This document shows positions 1-12,390 of a DNA stretch of 64,000 nucleotides, piece by piece. Every line of letters begins with the position of its first letter. The stretch's first letter is position 1. The translations under genes and the position numbers were made by a program. Source of the DNA: Lama glama (Eukaryota); assembly GCA_028534125.1 (NCBI GenBank), contig CM052817.1, positions 6,450,001 to 6,514,000 of the forward strand, written 5' to 3'. Below the pieces are notes generated by a model. It did no database searches. It was not told the DNA's origin and was given only the letters and a program-made list of their open reading frames with translations.

Positions 1-387
1 GGACTGAATGCATCCCCCCAGAATTTGTATGTTGAATCCCTAATTCCCAGCATGACTGTATTTGGAGATAGAATCTTCAAGACAGTCATAAAGGTTAAAT
101 GAAGCCCTAAGAGTAGAGCCCTGATCCCACAGGATTAGTGTCCTCATAAGAAGAGACACTAGAGAGCTCTCTCTTTCTCCCAGAGTGCATGTATGAGAAA
201 GGCTATGTGAGGACAGAGTGAGCGTGTGGCCACTAGCAAACCAGGAAGAGATGCCTCACCAGTAACTGGCCCCAGCAGACTTAGATCTGGAACTTGTAGC
301 CCTGAGAGCTGTGAGATTATACACTTCTGTTGTTTAAGCCATCTAGTCTGTGCTAGTTTGTTATGGAAGCCCAAGCAGACTAAGACA
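1..387 (+). mobile_element. MaLR solo LTR (MLT1A-like), 5' edge cut by window start
   Basis: 'ggactgaatg...tgttgaatccctaattcccagcatgactgtatttggagatag' and 3' end 'ttgttatggaagcccaagcagactaagaca' match MLT1 hallmarks. Confidence 0.9.
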
Positions 388-2065
388 TTATGAAATCACC
401 AATCCTTCAAACAGCCTCCATCCATCCTTCTGTTCTTCTGGACACCCCGTGGTCTGCCAAATCCTGGCCCGTTGATGCTCCAAGAGCTCCTTACATTCCA
501 CCTTTTACACTTTTGCTCACATGGGAAGCAGATACTCCATGCAACTCTATTGTATTGAATAAAAGTACATTGAGTTGAAATGAAGCATGTAGTAATTTTA
601 ATTTTATGGTTTAGAAAGGGCTTGATCTGGACAACTTAGGAAAAGGATTTTCATGGTAACCAAACATGGTGATCCAGTTAATGCCAACAAACCCAGCTAC
701 TCTGTTGCGTGCTCCCTGGATGCCTGAGGGAAGTGTGCTTTGATGAAATGTGGCATTGCATGGTACAATAAAAGGGCACCGTATGGTGCCTGAGACTAAC
801 CTGGATGTGGCTCCTTGCTCTTTAACTTTCCAGATGCTGATGGCGAACATATCGCTGATCCTCCCTACAGCTTGGTTTTCTTAGTCATTAAATAGGAATA
901 TTTTCTACTTGATTTATAGTTCATCTTATTTGATAAACAAATGAGAAATGAATGAGATCATGAGTGGGACGAGTTTTGTAAACCAGAAACTCTTGCAGTT
1001 GTAGGAGTTAGGTGTTCTGCCAACCAGTACCGTGCCTGACACATATTGCAAGTTTCATAAATGTCTACAGAAGAAATGCTCTTGGAGATGTGTATTTTGT
1101 TTGGCTCCAGTTCCTCCCACAAAGCGTTACCAGCCCTTCCTTGGCCAGTGCTGTGCATTTCTGGCAGCAGCACAAAGACGTGGACTTTCTCATTCTGCTT
1201 TTAGTTTCATACATTGTGTATGAAAAAAGTAGTTTACCTTGAACAATTTCCAGGAAAACAACTAAATGAAATCATGATTCATTGCCCTATTATATTACGC
1301 CTCTAAAATTGCATTTTATTTATGAAGAAAGATTTCTTAAGCAATTTGGTCATTAACAGTAAGAATGTTGCTTCTTTTTAAAAACAGAGATTTCCACTAG
1401 TACGTACTGTAATAGATCTCCGGACGTCTCCAACCGAGCACTGAAACATTGTAATGAAATAATCTGTGTTTTTATTGTGTTCAATATTTGCATTGACTTA
1501 ATCTTATAAATCAAGTTTTTTATTTACCTTTTTAAATTTGCATATTCTACCTTATTTTATTCTTTTCAAGTTTCATTTATTCCAATACTTTGCAAACAAC
1601 TATAATTACAATAATAATAGCATGATAACAATCGTAACGACATTAATGAAAGCCAACGCTAAGTAGAACTTACTATATCCCCAGTACTCTTCCAAGTATT
1701 TCAACTTTTTTATTCTTATTTTTTTGTATTTACCTCAACATAAGCTCCATGAGGGCAAGCTCCGAGGCTGACTTGCTCACTCACTGAGAAATCATTAAAT
1801 GACCTCATTACGTGCACACTAATTTCAAGTGTCGACCAGCCCTCCGTGACATACCAGTAATGAGCTGATTACAATTATAGCATTTTTCCAGCAGAGCGGG
1901 TCTAGTAGGACCAGTACTTGCCAAACTTCATAAGCAGTTAATTGCTAAATGTTCTTGAAACTACTATCAATAAAATTTAACGTAATATGTCACTTTACAG
2001 TTTTCAGATTTACTTCAAATAATTCCCTTGACAGTTCTGAGCCAAAGGCAAAATTGTTACCTCTA

Positions 2066-2424
2066 TGTATTAGTCAGCTCCAGCTGCCTTAACAAAATGC
2101 CACAGACTGTGTGGCTGAAACAAAAGGAACCTATTTTCTCCTAATTCTGGGGGCCAAAAGTTTGAGTCAGGGTGCCAGCATCAGCGGGTTCTGGTGAGAG
2201 CCCTCCTCCTGGTCTGCAGACAGCTGTGTCCTCACACGGTCACCAGGGAGAGAGCAAGCTCTCTGGTGCTGTTTTTAGAAGGGTATTGATCCCATCATAA
2301 AGAACCTCATCTAATCATGATTGCTTCTTAAGGCCCTGTTTCCAAATACCATCATGCTGGGACATTAGAAGTTCAGGCTTCAACATATGAATTTTGGAGG
2401 GATACCAACATACGGTCCATAACA
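2066..2424 (-). mobile_element. MaLR solo LTR (MLT1A0-like) inserted in a MIR
   Basis: TG...CA ends ('tgtattagtcagctc'...'ggtccataaca'); 'ttctggtgagagccctc' and 'gcttcaacatatgaattttgg' are antisense MLT1A motifs. Confidence 0.9.
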
Positions 2425-2658
2425 CCCCATCTCCCCACTGAAGACACCCAGGCTACGAGACAGAAACTGGTTTGTCCACATGCGGTTGGTCCAGAGCAGG
2501 CAGCGGGAGCAAAGCTGGAGCCCAGCTAAGTTCTTCCAATCCCAAATTCTACAGTCTTGCTAGGGACGAAAGCTTTCCATGTCTCTTTCTTTGGAAATTC
2601 TTTTGCTCAACATCGATTCCCACTATTTCCTCCTGGTCTTCCTCCAAGGGACTCAGGT

Positions 2659-2874
2659 GAGTCATCCTCACCTGGAGGTGAGTTCCCCGATGGGAGTTAC
2701 ATTTGACAATGTCTGCAGACACACTGGCTTGTCACAACTCGGGAGAAGTGCTGCTGTCGTCCAGCAGCTAGAGGCCAGGGCTTCTGCTCAACATCCTACA
2801 AGGCACGGGTCAGCCCCCCACAAGAGAGAGTCATCCAGCCCCAAATGTCAGAGTGCCAAGGTTGAGCGCCCCCG
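2659..2874 (+). mobile_element. MER20 hAT-Charlie MITE
   Basis: 'acatttgacaatgtctgcagac...gtcacaact...agaggccaggg...aacatcctacaaggcacggg...ccaaatgtcagagtgccaaggttgag' follows the MER20 consensus. Confidence 0.9.
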
Positions 2875-3399
2875 AACCAGATGAACGGACTTCGCCCAGA
2901 GTTTAGCACATCTTGGTTTTTCGAGCTGGAACTTTTCTTCTCTGACAGGTAGATGTTTCAGGATTTCTGATCACCTTCCATGGCCTGGATTCTCAGTCAC
3001 TGTTCCTTCCTCAGAGACATCCCAGATCGAAGCTCTGATTTCAATTGTGGTGTCTTACAATTTAATCCAGTGCAGAAAATACCCATTCTTGAAATTCCTG
3101 TCTACAAATGTCAGGTGTCAGGGCTGTTGCTAAACTCTGGATTTCCAGGATAAAGAGAGTGTGAGAGAGAATATGGAAAAGAGAGGATTTATATTAAAAG
3201 AAGGAGGAGAAGGAGGCAGAGGAGGAGGAAAGAAGAGAATGAGAAAGAAAGTGGAGTTGGGATTCATGAGGTTTAATTTTTGTCCCATCAGATACTATAA
3301 TCAGTGTCACCATGGGACTATTATTGAATTCTCCTACATAAAGGGAAAACAGTTACATATGCCTTATAGGACTGAATATTCACATAAAATAATATGGAT

Positions 3400-3610
3400 A
3401 TGAATATTAAAGTAATAATAATGGTGATTATTAACATTAATTACAGTTAATAATAATAGCATACAAGAGTTTATATGTAATATTTATACTTTATATAATT
3501 TTATATCCATATTTATATCGATGTACAGTTTTAATATATTATCAGTGTATATTTGATATCATTATTATATGATGGTAAAATAAAACTAATAGTTAATAAT
3601 AATATTTACT
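3400..3610. repeat. AT-rich low-complexity tract
   Basis: Dense TA/TAA runs with very low GC. Confidence 0.7.
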
Positions 3611-5569
3611 GAGCACTTTTTGCACAAATGTTCAATAATAGCAGATTTTATAAACAGTACATTCAGAAAGTGTTGAGAGTGGGAAATGGTCAGAAAGTGG
3701 AATGTGTGAGGAGTCAAGACAGGAAGGTCAGGGGGAGTTGCTGATGTACACAAAGGCACAAACACTGTTATTATGTGGCACTGGCTGCCCGGGCAGGGAC
3801 TGGGGAAGGTGACCTGTTAGGGTAAAGGGAACATAGAGGACAGAAACTTTCAAAAGGACTCGATTGAATGTCCTAGTGGATTAAACAGCTCCTGCCCCAA
3901 AGGTCCACAGCTGTGAGAAAGTACAATGTTGTGTACTGTGTAAATGCTACATCAGTCATCCTATGTGGAGCATTTATGTGACCAGCCCTGCACAGAACAT
4001 CCAAGGTTATCCCCTACAGCTTGCCTGCAGTGCCACCACTTCTCTGTCATCTTCAGAGAGCACGCTGCAAGTTGGGCTCCTGGGTCTCTGGTTAATTAAG
4101 CATCTGAGGGACGGCACTCCTAATAGGTAGCACATTTCCTTTCATCCACGAGACCATTGTTCCCTCCCCACCAGGTACCACTGACCTAGAAATAGGCTGT
4201 ATTGTGCCAACACTGGGCCTATTTATGAAGCGACCTATTTTCTGCTGCAGGTCAGCCAACAATGGATGAGCCGGCATAGAAACAGGGGTGATGCCTGTGT
4301 CGAGAAGGGAGTTAAGTCATCAGTGAAGCCTTAATCACTAAAAGGAGAGGCAGCTGTGTGAAACTGATGGAATTCAAGGGCAGAGGCACCCACACACTGA
4401 GCAGCGGATGGGCTGTAATACCACTGTCCTGTTTTCCGAATCCCTGTGAATCTCTCTGTCTTGACTCTCCTCTCAGAGGCCAGCTTGCAATCTGCTGCCC
4501 AGGTCATAGTTATTGCCCAGCATTGGTGGCTCTTATAGAGTTGTAAACCTTGGTGGTGTTGCAAGGTAAGGTGTGAAGACTTGGAATTTTCCTGGAATGG
4601 CCTCACTATTCCCCAACCCTCTTCTGGTCCCGGTCTGGTGGCTCTTGACTCTAGGCTCTACCTTTCCATGATGCCCCCACTTGTAAGTTCTTGGGTGGGT
4701 GTTGGATATCATGCCCCCAGCCGTGTTCCCTCTTACCATCTCTGGATTATCTTCACCCCCATTACTCACGTACTATTTACCACCTTGGTTCTTCCCACAT
4801 TAGACTATCCTTGAGGACAATTCCTCGCTGAGCAGGAATTAAGACAGGTAATCAATAGGTAATCAATATGGGGACAGATTGTAACATTAATAATCACAAA
4901 GGGAATTTGAGCATTTTTCATAGTGCATAGAAGCCAATCATATTTTCTCCTGTGTCAACAGATACTTTAAAAGTTGCTTCTAATCTTTCAGTTGATGCAA
5001 AATCCTACTATAGGTACAAACTCTCTGAGCAGCTGCCTGGCCCAAGTCTGAACAAATTTATGGGCAGGAAAAGATGTGGAGGAAGAAACGCTTGTTAATC
5101 AAGTACTTTGCACTGGGTAGACTTCTCAGACTGTGTGATCTTAGGCTGTCTTGGGTCAGGGAAGGGAAGGCAGATGGTGAAGGAGTGTTATGAAGCCAGT
5201 AACCTTTGTGGGAAACTAGAAACTGGGTCTGTTGCAGGAATTCTGGAGCTCATGTGGAACAGTCACCTCAGAATTCTCCGAACAGTGGTGGAGGAGCTGT
5301 AGTATTTTTGCACAGACTTCTTTGTTCAGGGGTTAATTGTAGCTGCTTGGTGGGCATTCCTTCCCTGGTCCATCCTTCTGCCCGCTAGGCAGCACAATAA
5401 GCTCCCAGGGCGAGGGAAGGCTCTGGGGAGGGAAATGCAGGTTCTGGCCCTGGACGCGGTGCTGCTGTGCACTGAGATGTTTAAGGCAAGGGGACACAGG
5501 CTGGCCACTGCAGCGTCAGCCACAAATCCTCAACATACATTACTGGGAAGAAAGAATCGGCTTTTCTTG

Positions 5570-5775
5570 AATCCCTGGTATAAAACAGACCTTGTGTCTG
5601 GTGCTTTGTGTCCTGTCTCATGTAACTTAATCTTCACAATAATTCTTGGAAGGTGTTATCAGAGGTCCCAGTTTCATTTTCAGAGACTCAGAGCCCTTAA
5701 TGTTTCTTGCCACAATCACACAGTGAGGTCAGGGCCAGCTGAGGGGTTTATTTGGAAGGACCCAAAGCCCCTGTC
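5570..5775 (-). mobile_element. MIR SINE
   Basis: 'taatcttcacaataattcttggaagg...cagagactcagag...ttgccacaatcacacag' resembles antisense MIR core. Confidence 0.65.
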
Positions 5776-5849
5776 TCTTTCATTATCACCTGTCTGTCTG
5801 TAAGAGTTCAAGCACATCTCTTTCCCACCCTTACAGAAATTGTTTCTGA

Positions 5850-6090
5850 ACTCACAGATTGAAAAGTGACTAAGGAAAGAGAGAGAAGGAGGAGAGGTGG
5901 ACAGCCAAGTCTGCAGCAGGGAGGAGGCTTTGAAATGTGGCACTTCTCAGACTGGCTCCTCTCTCCATTAATGGTCTAGAAAGGGGAGGAGATGGCCCTT
6001 TAAGGAAATCTGTAGATGGCACAAAATTGGAAGATGCTATAGACACTTGTTAGTATGGAGAGAACTGCCTGTGTGGACAACCTAGTGGTG
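5850..6090 (+). mobile_element. CR1/L3 LINE reverse-transcriptase relic
   Basis: 'attaatggtctagaaagg...aaatctgtagatggcacaaaattggaagat' resembles CR1 'atcaatgacctggatgag...aaatttgcagatgacacaaagctgggagg' (KFADDTKLGG region). Confidence 0.55.
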
Positions 6091-6894
6091 GAGAGAGAGA
6101 CAGAAGCAGTGTACTCCTACGCGGCTCCAGGAGAACTCAATAAAGAATTAATAAAAAGAAGCGTTTTTGGTTTTTTGTTTATTTGTTTGTTTGGAAGGGG
6201 AGCTTGAACAGGACAAGGAACTGCCATATGGCTGTTTTCTCAGCCCTAGAGCAAATTAACCAAAGACCCCAGAGACGGGGAGGCTGAAAGAGTGAAACAG
6301 AAATTCACTTGACAGGAGCTTCAGAGCTGCACAGGGTCCAAAAATGCCAGAGCTATTTCCAGCGGTGGGATAATTGTAGTGACACTTGGTAGTGAGGGAG
6401 GAAGAGAGAGATCTTTCCCCCAAGGAGACTGGAGATCCCATGACCTGATGCAGGGATCTTTCTCACTCCTCAGACTCAAAGGGAGTATGAGGTCAAGCAA
6501 AAATCAAAGAAACTGAGTGACTGACTGATCACATCAAATGCGTGAGAGACAATGCAGAGATCACTAATTCCCTGCATTTCTCATTCTCAACTTTCACATA
6601 TATCCTGGGAATCCTTGTAAAAATTGCAAAGTGAGAACTTTGCTCTCTCTCTCTTTCACCCCAGGTGGATGGGGACTGGGAGAAGGGAGAGAGTGAAACT
6701 CACAGAATTCATACAATGTGCCCAAAGCCACACAAAGCAGTGCAACGGACCTCTCCTGCTTCTGCCAAGATTTACTACCTTTTTGAGCCCTACTTCTTGT
6801 CTTCATAAAGTGAGGGAGTTGGGACAATTCACTATTTTCCTTTTCCCCTGATTTTTGGATCTTAAACACATTATCAAAAATAATTGCACAGAAC

Positions 6895-7507
6895 TTCTTT
6901 TCCCCTAGCTTTATTGAAATCTACTTGACAAATGAAAATTGTATAAATTTAAGATGTACAACTAAATGCTTTGATATCCAAATACACTATGAAATGATTT
7001 CTACGATCAAGCTACCTAACATGTCTATCATCTCTCATAGTTCCCTTCTTTGGTGAAAACACTTAACATTTATTCTCTTAGCAAATTTTAAATATGCCAT
7101 ATAATATTATTAACATTGTACATGATTCTGTCTCCAGAACATATTTATCGTGCATAACTGAAACTTTGTACCCTTTGACCAACATCTTCCAATCCCCCAC
7201 CCCCAAGCCCCTCGCAATCACTATTCTATTCTCTGCTTTTATGGGTTGGACTTCTTTAGGTTTTACGTTTAAGTGGAATCATACAGTACTTGTCTTCCCT
7301 TGTCTGGCTTATGTCACTAGTATAAAAGGAACTTAACACAATAGCCCAAAGAACCCAAATAACCTGATTTAAAAATGTACAAAGTATCTAATAGCTATTT
7401 TTCTAAAGAAGACATACAAATAGTCAACAGGTTCATGAAAAAGGTGCTCACTGTTGCTCATCATCAGAAATGTGCAAATGGAACCACAGTGAGATAGCAC
7501 CTCACAC
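6895..7507 (-). mobile_element. Old L1 (L1MA9/10-like) 3' end with inverted 5' ORF2 segment
   Basis: 6895-7322 is antisense 3'UTR ('ctttattgaaat...aactgaaactttgtaccctttgaccaacatc'); 7322-7507 is sense ORF2 end ('aaagaagacatacaaatagtcaacagg...gagatagcacctcacac'). Confidence 0.85.
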
Positions 7508-8952
7508 AAAACTCTTTACACTTACCAGACAAAACCAAGGATATTCTAAGTAAAATGAAAATGAGAGCCTAGGAATCCCATCTGATCTATTAAATTCTCA
7601 CCCCTGAAGTTGGACCTTTCATGGAAGTCTTTGTTCTCCAGGAAAAAGTTGGAAACACTATCTTCTAGTTGATCTCAAAATGTCCCACCAGTTCTAAAAT
7701 ATTATAGCTTAGCCTTCTCTACCATCAAATATTCCACAAATAATATTCTTTAGTTTGAACAACAGAAAATCATTGTGGAAAACAATTCATTTGAAGAGCT
7801 GGGTCCCAATGCTCACTTCTGGTTCAAAATCATCAGTCTCTGGGGAAACTGGGCTTTTTATTCATGCTCATAATCACCCAGTAGTGAAAATTTCCCGTAG
7901 CAATCATTGCAGTGATAACATCTGAATGAATTTTAAGCACTGGAGAAATAAAAATTAATTGGCAGATGAAAGGGATGGCGTCACTAGATCAAGTCTGGTT
8001 CTCTTTCAATGGAATTGGAGAATCTGAGAAATTGCTGTAAAGAACTAGGAATCCTCTGAAAATTCTGCATAGATATAGATAAAAGAAGAAATGAAAGGAA
8101 GGAAGGAAGGAAAGAAGATTCTTCAAGCAAATTTGGATTGTATTTTATTTGAATAACCATCTTGTTTTGAAATGCAGTCAAGAAATCAGAGCAGATTGGC
8201 TTGTGACAATTTAGCGTCTATCCCCAAGGAGTAGCTGGTGGAAACAGACCAGGCTTCTGAGGAAAGGCTGAGCCAAGTCACGTGGTGCAAGTCACAGACT
8301 GGGGATGAGACCCAAGATCCCCTTGTCTCCTATTTCTGGCATGTTTTCACTAGAAAGTGAGTTGTTTGATGTTTTTCCTAGCGGTGACATGAGAGTTAGC
8401 TTCCTTGCAAGATTTACATTACACTTAACTCCAATTCATTCATTCATCCATTGCCATGCATCCAGTGGCAAAATCTCATTCAGCCTTCAGACGTGGTTAA
8501 AATGTTACTGGTTTTCTGGGAGTTCTTCTCTAGACGCCTCCAAATATGCAATGAAAATACGGACTTCATAATAAAGGAAATTGGATTTTTATTAAATTAA
8601 CATTCATAATCACAAATATTGGTCATTTTATTCTTGTAATTTTTCAAAAGTAGATTTTTTTTACATTTAATTGCTGAACACTCTACACACAGTTTTATAT
8701 TTCATTTAACTCTATATTTTAATTATAAATTAGTTTGAACTTTAATTGAATTTTTAAGTTGATTTAAAAACTGTATTTTTGCAAGAACTTTATCTGAGAT
8801 AGTTCTTTATTGAATACAATGTATATACTATACAAGACAATGAAAAGATTACTTTCTTAGCAGAAACAACGAAAAAATTACAATGATCTTACAAATAATC
8901 TAAAAAATTAAGGAAAGTCTCCAAAGTGAACTTTATGATGAGTACACATAAA

Positions 8953-9820
8953 TGAGGTCAGGGAACAATGTGTCTTGAACTGGTCTTTCCTTTGTGGCTA
9001 TGTTTGCCTTCAATGTTCATGGGCCTTATCCAGTGGATATTCTAATAGTAGAGGACACCTGGATGTCTAAAATTTGTCACCTGAGAAGCCTCAGGAAGGA
9101 AGGACTCATTATGCAAAGTGTTCCCCAGTGACTCCTAGTGATGCCTAAAATTCCTTCATTAGAAAGTCTTTGAACATTGAAAGTTCAAGTGATGTCTAAA
9201 ATTCCACCATTAGAAAGTTTTCAACTTCTGTCCTGACGTGCTCACTATACCACACACCCTAGTAGACTGAGATATCACTAGACATCAGTAACCTAATTTA
9301 CTGTCTGTCATGAGTAATTTACTCTGTCTGCTACGAGCTCAAACTCAGCAAGAAACACATTCATAGGCAGAGAGAAATAAACATGCTGTGGAATTATCAC
9401 GTGTGATCCTCTTATGACTTGCACTCTCGGACACAGTGGGATCTGAACTCATGTGGAGATGTGATACAATAAAAGGAACTCGGGTTGTCAGTCAAGAACA
9501 GTGAAGAAGATATTGTGGGATATGAACAAACTCTGGACAGCTCTCTTCATAACCACACTTCTGAAATCCAGCCAACCAGCTACAGTCGTGCTCTAATACT
9601 CAAATTCTACAGCTAAAATATCAGCCAGTCCCTGACACTTTCACTTCTTAGAGTGTTCTAATTCTTAACCCTGTGTTTCCTAAAACCACGTATAAGGTCC
9701 CAGCTCTGCTTTGTTCAGAGAGACTGCGTTTTTCAAGGACAGCTCTCCTTGCTTAGCAAGTGAGACCATCACCTCTATTTCTGAATGAAAGGTTGGTGGC
9801 GCCCTCCTTTGTATTCATGA
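8953..9820 (+). mobile_element. Probable ERV1-type solo LTR
   Basis: Begins TG; flanked by taaa/taaa; internal 34-bp direct repeat; TATAA at 9691 followed by an R/U5-like tail; appears to interrupt A-rich L1-like DNA. Confidence 0.55.
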
Positions 9821-9824
9821 TAAA

Positions 9825-10300
9825 TACACTGGAACAAATGAAACAGAGACAATATTAAATATATATATATATATAGAAGAAAAATTCCCTGAGCCAAAGA
9901 GCAATGAATCTGCAGATTAGAAAATGGATATAGTACCAGGAAATAAATATTGAAATATTCATAGCAGGTAAAAGTTTTGAACTCAAAAGAAAACATCCAG
10001 AAAAGGTGGTAAAATAAATAAATGTCATCAAAACAAACAAACAAAAGAGAGAAATCCAACCAATTGTCTACTTCTTTACAAAAAAGATGCCAAAAATATT
10101 GGAGCAATGCTTGAGTTCAAGGATTAATGAATGTTACCTAAGACTTTGTTTGTCAGATGAATTTTCATTTCTATGTGTGAAATTTTGGGAAGAATATTTC
10201 AGATAGTCCATGGCTTAGAAATTATACCACCCTTCCAAAGGAATAGTACCTACGGAAAGAATACCTAATAATGTCAGAAGAGAGAAAAGATCTTGAAAAT
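9825..10300 (+). mobile_element. Degraded L1/HAL1 ORF1 relic
   Basis: 'gaagaaaaattccctgagc...gaatctgcagattagaaa' resembles the ORF1p 'EENFPEL...NLQIE' region; A-rich sense strand. Confidence 0.55.
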
Positions 10301-10349
10301 GCACACAGAACTATCTTAGAGTGTAGGATAAATATAAAAATTGTTTAAT

Positions 10350-10454
10350 CACAGCTGCTGCATCTGCTGCATTTACAACCCCCAGGGCAACCAATCACCA
10401 AAGATACGGTGTGTGGCTGAATGGTACCTCAAGAAGTTTGGCAATGTGGCCCTG
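10350..10454. mobile_element. MER91-like hAT MITE fragment
   Basis: 'tttacaacccccagggcaaccaatcac...gctgaatggtacctcaagaagtttggcaatgtggccctg' shows a weak internal palindrome and a ccctg terminus. Confidence 0.4.
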
Positions 10455-10804
10455 CTACGTGTCATGATACCTACGTAATTGTTACAGAGACAGTCACAGA
10501 ACAAATACAAGCATCACTACTTCTAGGAAGGTGAAATATGTGCTATAATATAGTAGTGATAATTTGAACAAGATTTCACCAATAAATAAAATAGAAGGAA
10601 GGAGAGCCGGTAGGAAAACTATGGAAATTGACTTTGCAGCTAAGGAGTTCATGAAATTTCTTTGGGGAAGTGGTCCCTCTTTTAAACTATTTTTTTAATC
10701 AAAAAGATATGACTATTTGCAACCGTTAGAAATCAGAGGGAACTAGGAATAAGAAATCTGAAAAACAGTAAGTTCATCAGCCAACGGTGATCAACGTTAC
10801 AATT

Positions 10805-11200
10805 GTGTCTTAAAATCATTGAAGGCCTTCCGGTTGCACTGTGGGTAAGATCTAAGTGTCTGAATAGACACTTCAAGATCCATTGAGATCTGGCATCAAT
10901 CTACCTCAACAGCTGCCTTTGTGAGCTCATTTCACACGAGCTTCTGGAACCTGAGTTCTCCTGTTGCATGTCACTTCTCTCTTCTGCACTTTTCTTGTGT
11001 TCTCCCTGGTGTCTCTGCTATTCATTCCTTCCTCCTTCCTCCATGCCTCACCTTACTTCTGCGAGCCTTTCGGATTCTGCTCTGCTCAGAGATTCCCTCG
11101 GCAACCTCGGACGGGGTTGGTTGCCTCTCTTCTTGCATGTGTGTCTGTTCTGCACTGAGCAGGTTGGGTGATAATTATCTCTTGATGATGGATGAGATTC
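10805..11200 (+). mobile_element. L2 LINE 3' region
   Basis: 'ttaaaatcattgaaggccttccggttgcactgtgggtaagatctaag...gatctggc...tacctc' is an L2-type motif. Confidence 0.6.
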
Positions 11201-12199
11201 TTGAGGAAAAAAAAAAACCTGTTTTGATCTTCTTGGTGACCCCAGTACTTATCACATTTCCGGATGGCAAATATTTTGCTGTACAAGTAAACAAACTTTC
11301 AGGAGAAGCTCTGTGCCTCTGGCCAGCCAGCCGGCCTGCTGTAGCTATTATTATTACTATCATTTCTCTAAGATGCTTCATCTGAAGCCTCGTGAAAAAA
11401 TTGCGTGTCTTTTGCCTGTTTTCAAGTGTCTGTATGGCCCTCATTTTGGTCACAGTGCATTTATATTGTACTAGAAATTGTCAAAAAGAAACAAAATCTA
11501 AGTCAAATTGCTGATTATGAATTCTTTGGCCCTCGATTTAAGTGGAAGGTAAAATTCTGTTCCAAAAGAAAAGTATGACTGTAGCCACTTTAGTTTCTAT
11601 ATATTCCTGTGTCCTGTCTGTTATGAAATCCTTGCCCTCTGTGTTTTCAAGTCCTTCATCTGTTAATTCCTGCAGCTGTTTATGAATCCAAAACAAATAA
11701 ATTGGTGAAGTGTTTATTGATATGATAGTAGTTGAGGTAATTAATCACATTCCAAAGAATTTCAGTGAGTCTTATATCTGCTATCAAAGTTTGCTAAGAG
11801 AGAAATCATAAAACAGCCCTGGAGAGTGGTCAGTAGGCAGAGTCTGAGTGCTTGCAAAACTTTTGATTCATTAAGGCTATAAAAAATCAAACAAACTCCA
11901 AGAAATTTGATTTATATACATAAAAAAAAACACATAAGGTAAAAAGTGCAATTAAAAACCATCAGGAAGGACATGGCAGAGGAATGATTGTTTTTAAACT
12001 GTGATATTAGCTCCAGGATGGGTCAAGAGGTTTGGATGCCAATGACGCAGAAGGCCTTGTATTATCTGTGGGTTTGGAGAAAAAGAGTGGAGTGGGAATT
12101 TCAGAGAAATATTCCAGGCATATTGCATAGTCGGTGATGTGATGGGAGGAGGGAGGTGACGTATGTATGGAGTGCCCACTGGGTGGACATTCTCATGAC

Positions 12200-12390
12200 A
12201 AGTGCTGCATGGGGATTTTCTCATTCAATATGCACATCACCTTTTAAGGGAGACCATACATTCTCTCCATTTCACATATGAGGAAACTGAGGCTCAGAAT
12301 GAAATTTACTCGCTGAGTAATGGCCAACGAGTAGCAGAGCTGACTGAAGACCAGCCCCTTCTAATGCCGAGGCATGTGCTCTTAATCTCT
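12200..12390 (-). mobile_element. MIR SINE
   Basis: 'ccatttcacatatgaggaaactgaggctcaga' MIR core. Confidence 0.85.

Noticed and set aside
810..900. Strong polypyrimidine tract and AG followed by ATG
   Set aside because: No convincing downstream donor or ORF
4819..4867. Small inverted repeat (aattcct...aggaatt) and 11-bp duplication (aggtaatcaat x2)
   Set aside because: Short enough to arise by chance or slippage; no supporting context
10921..11385. 154-aa hydrophobic ORF
   Set aside because: Overlaps a pyrimidine-rich L2 remnant, starts at GTG, and has no recognisable domain
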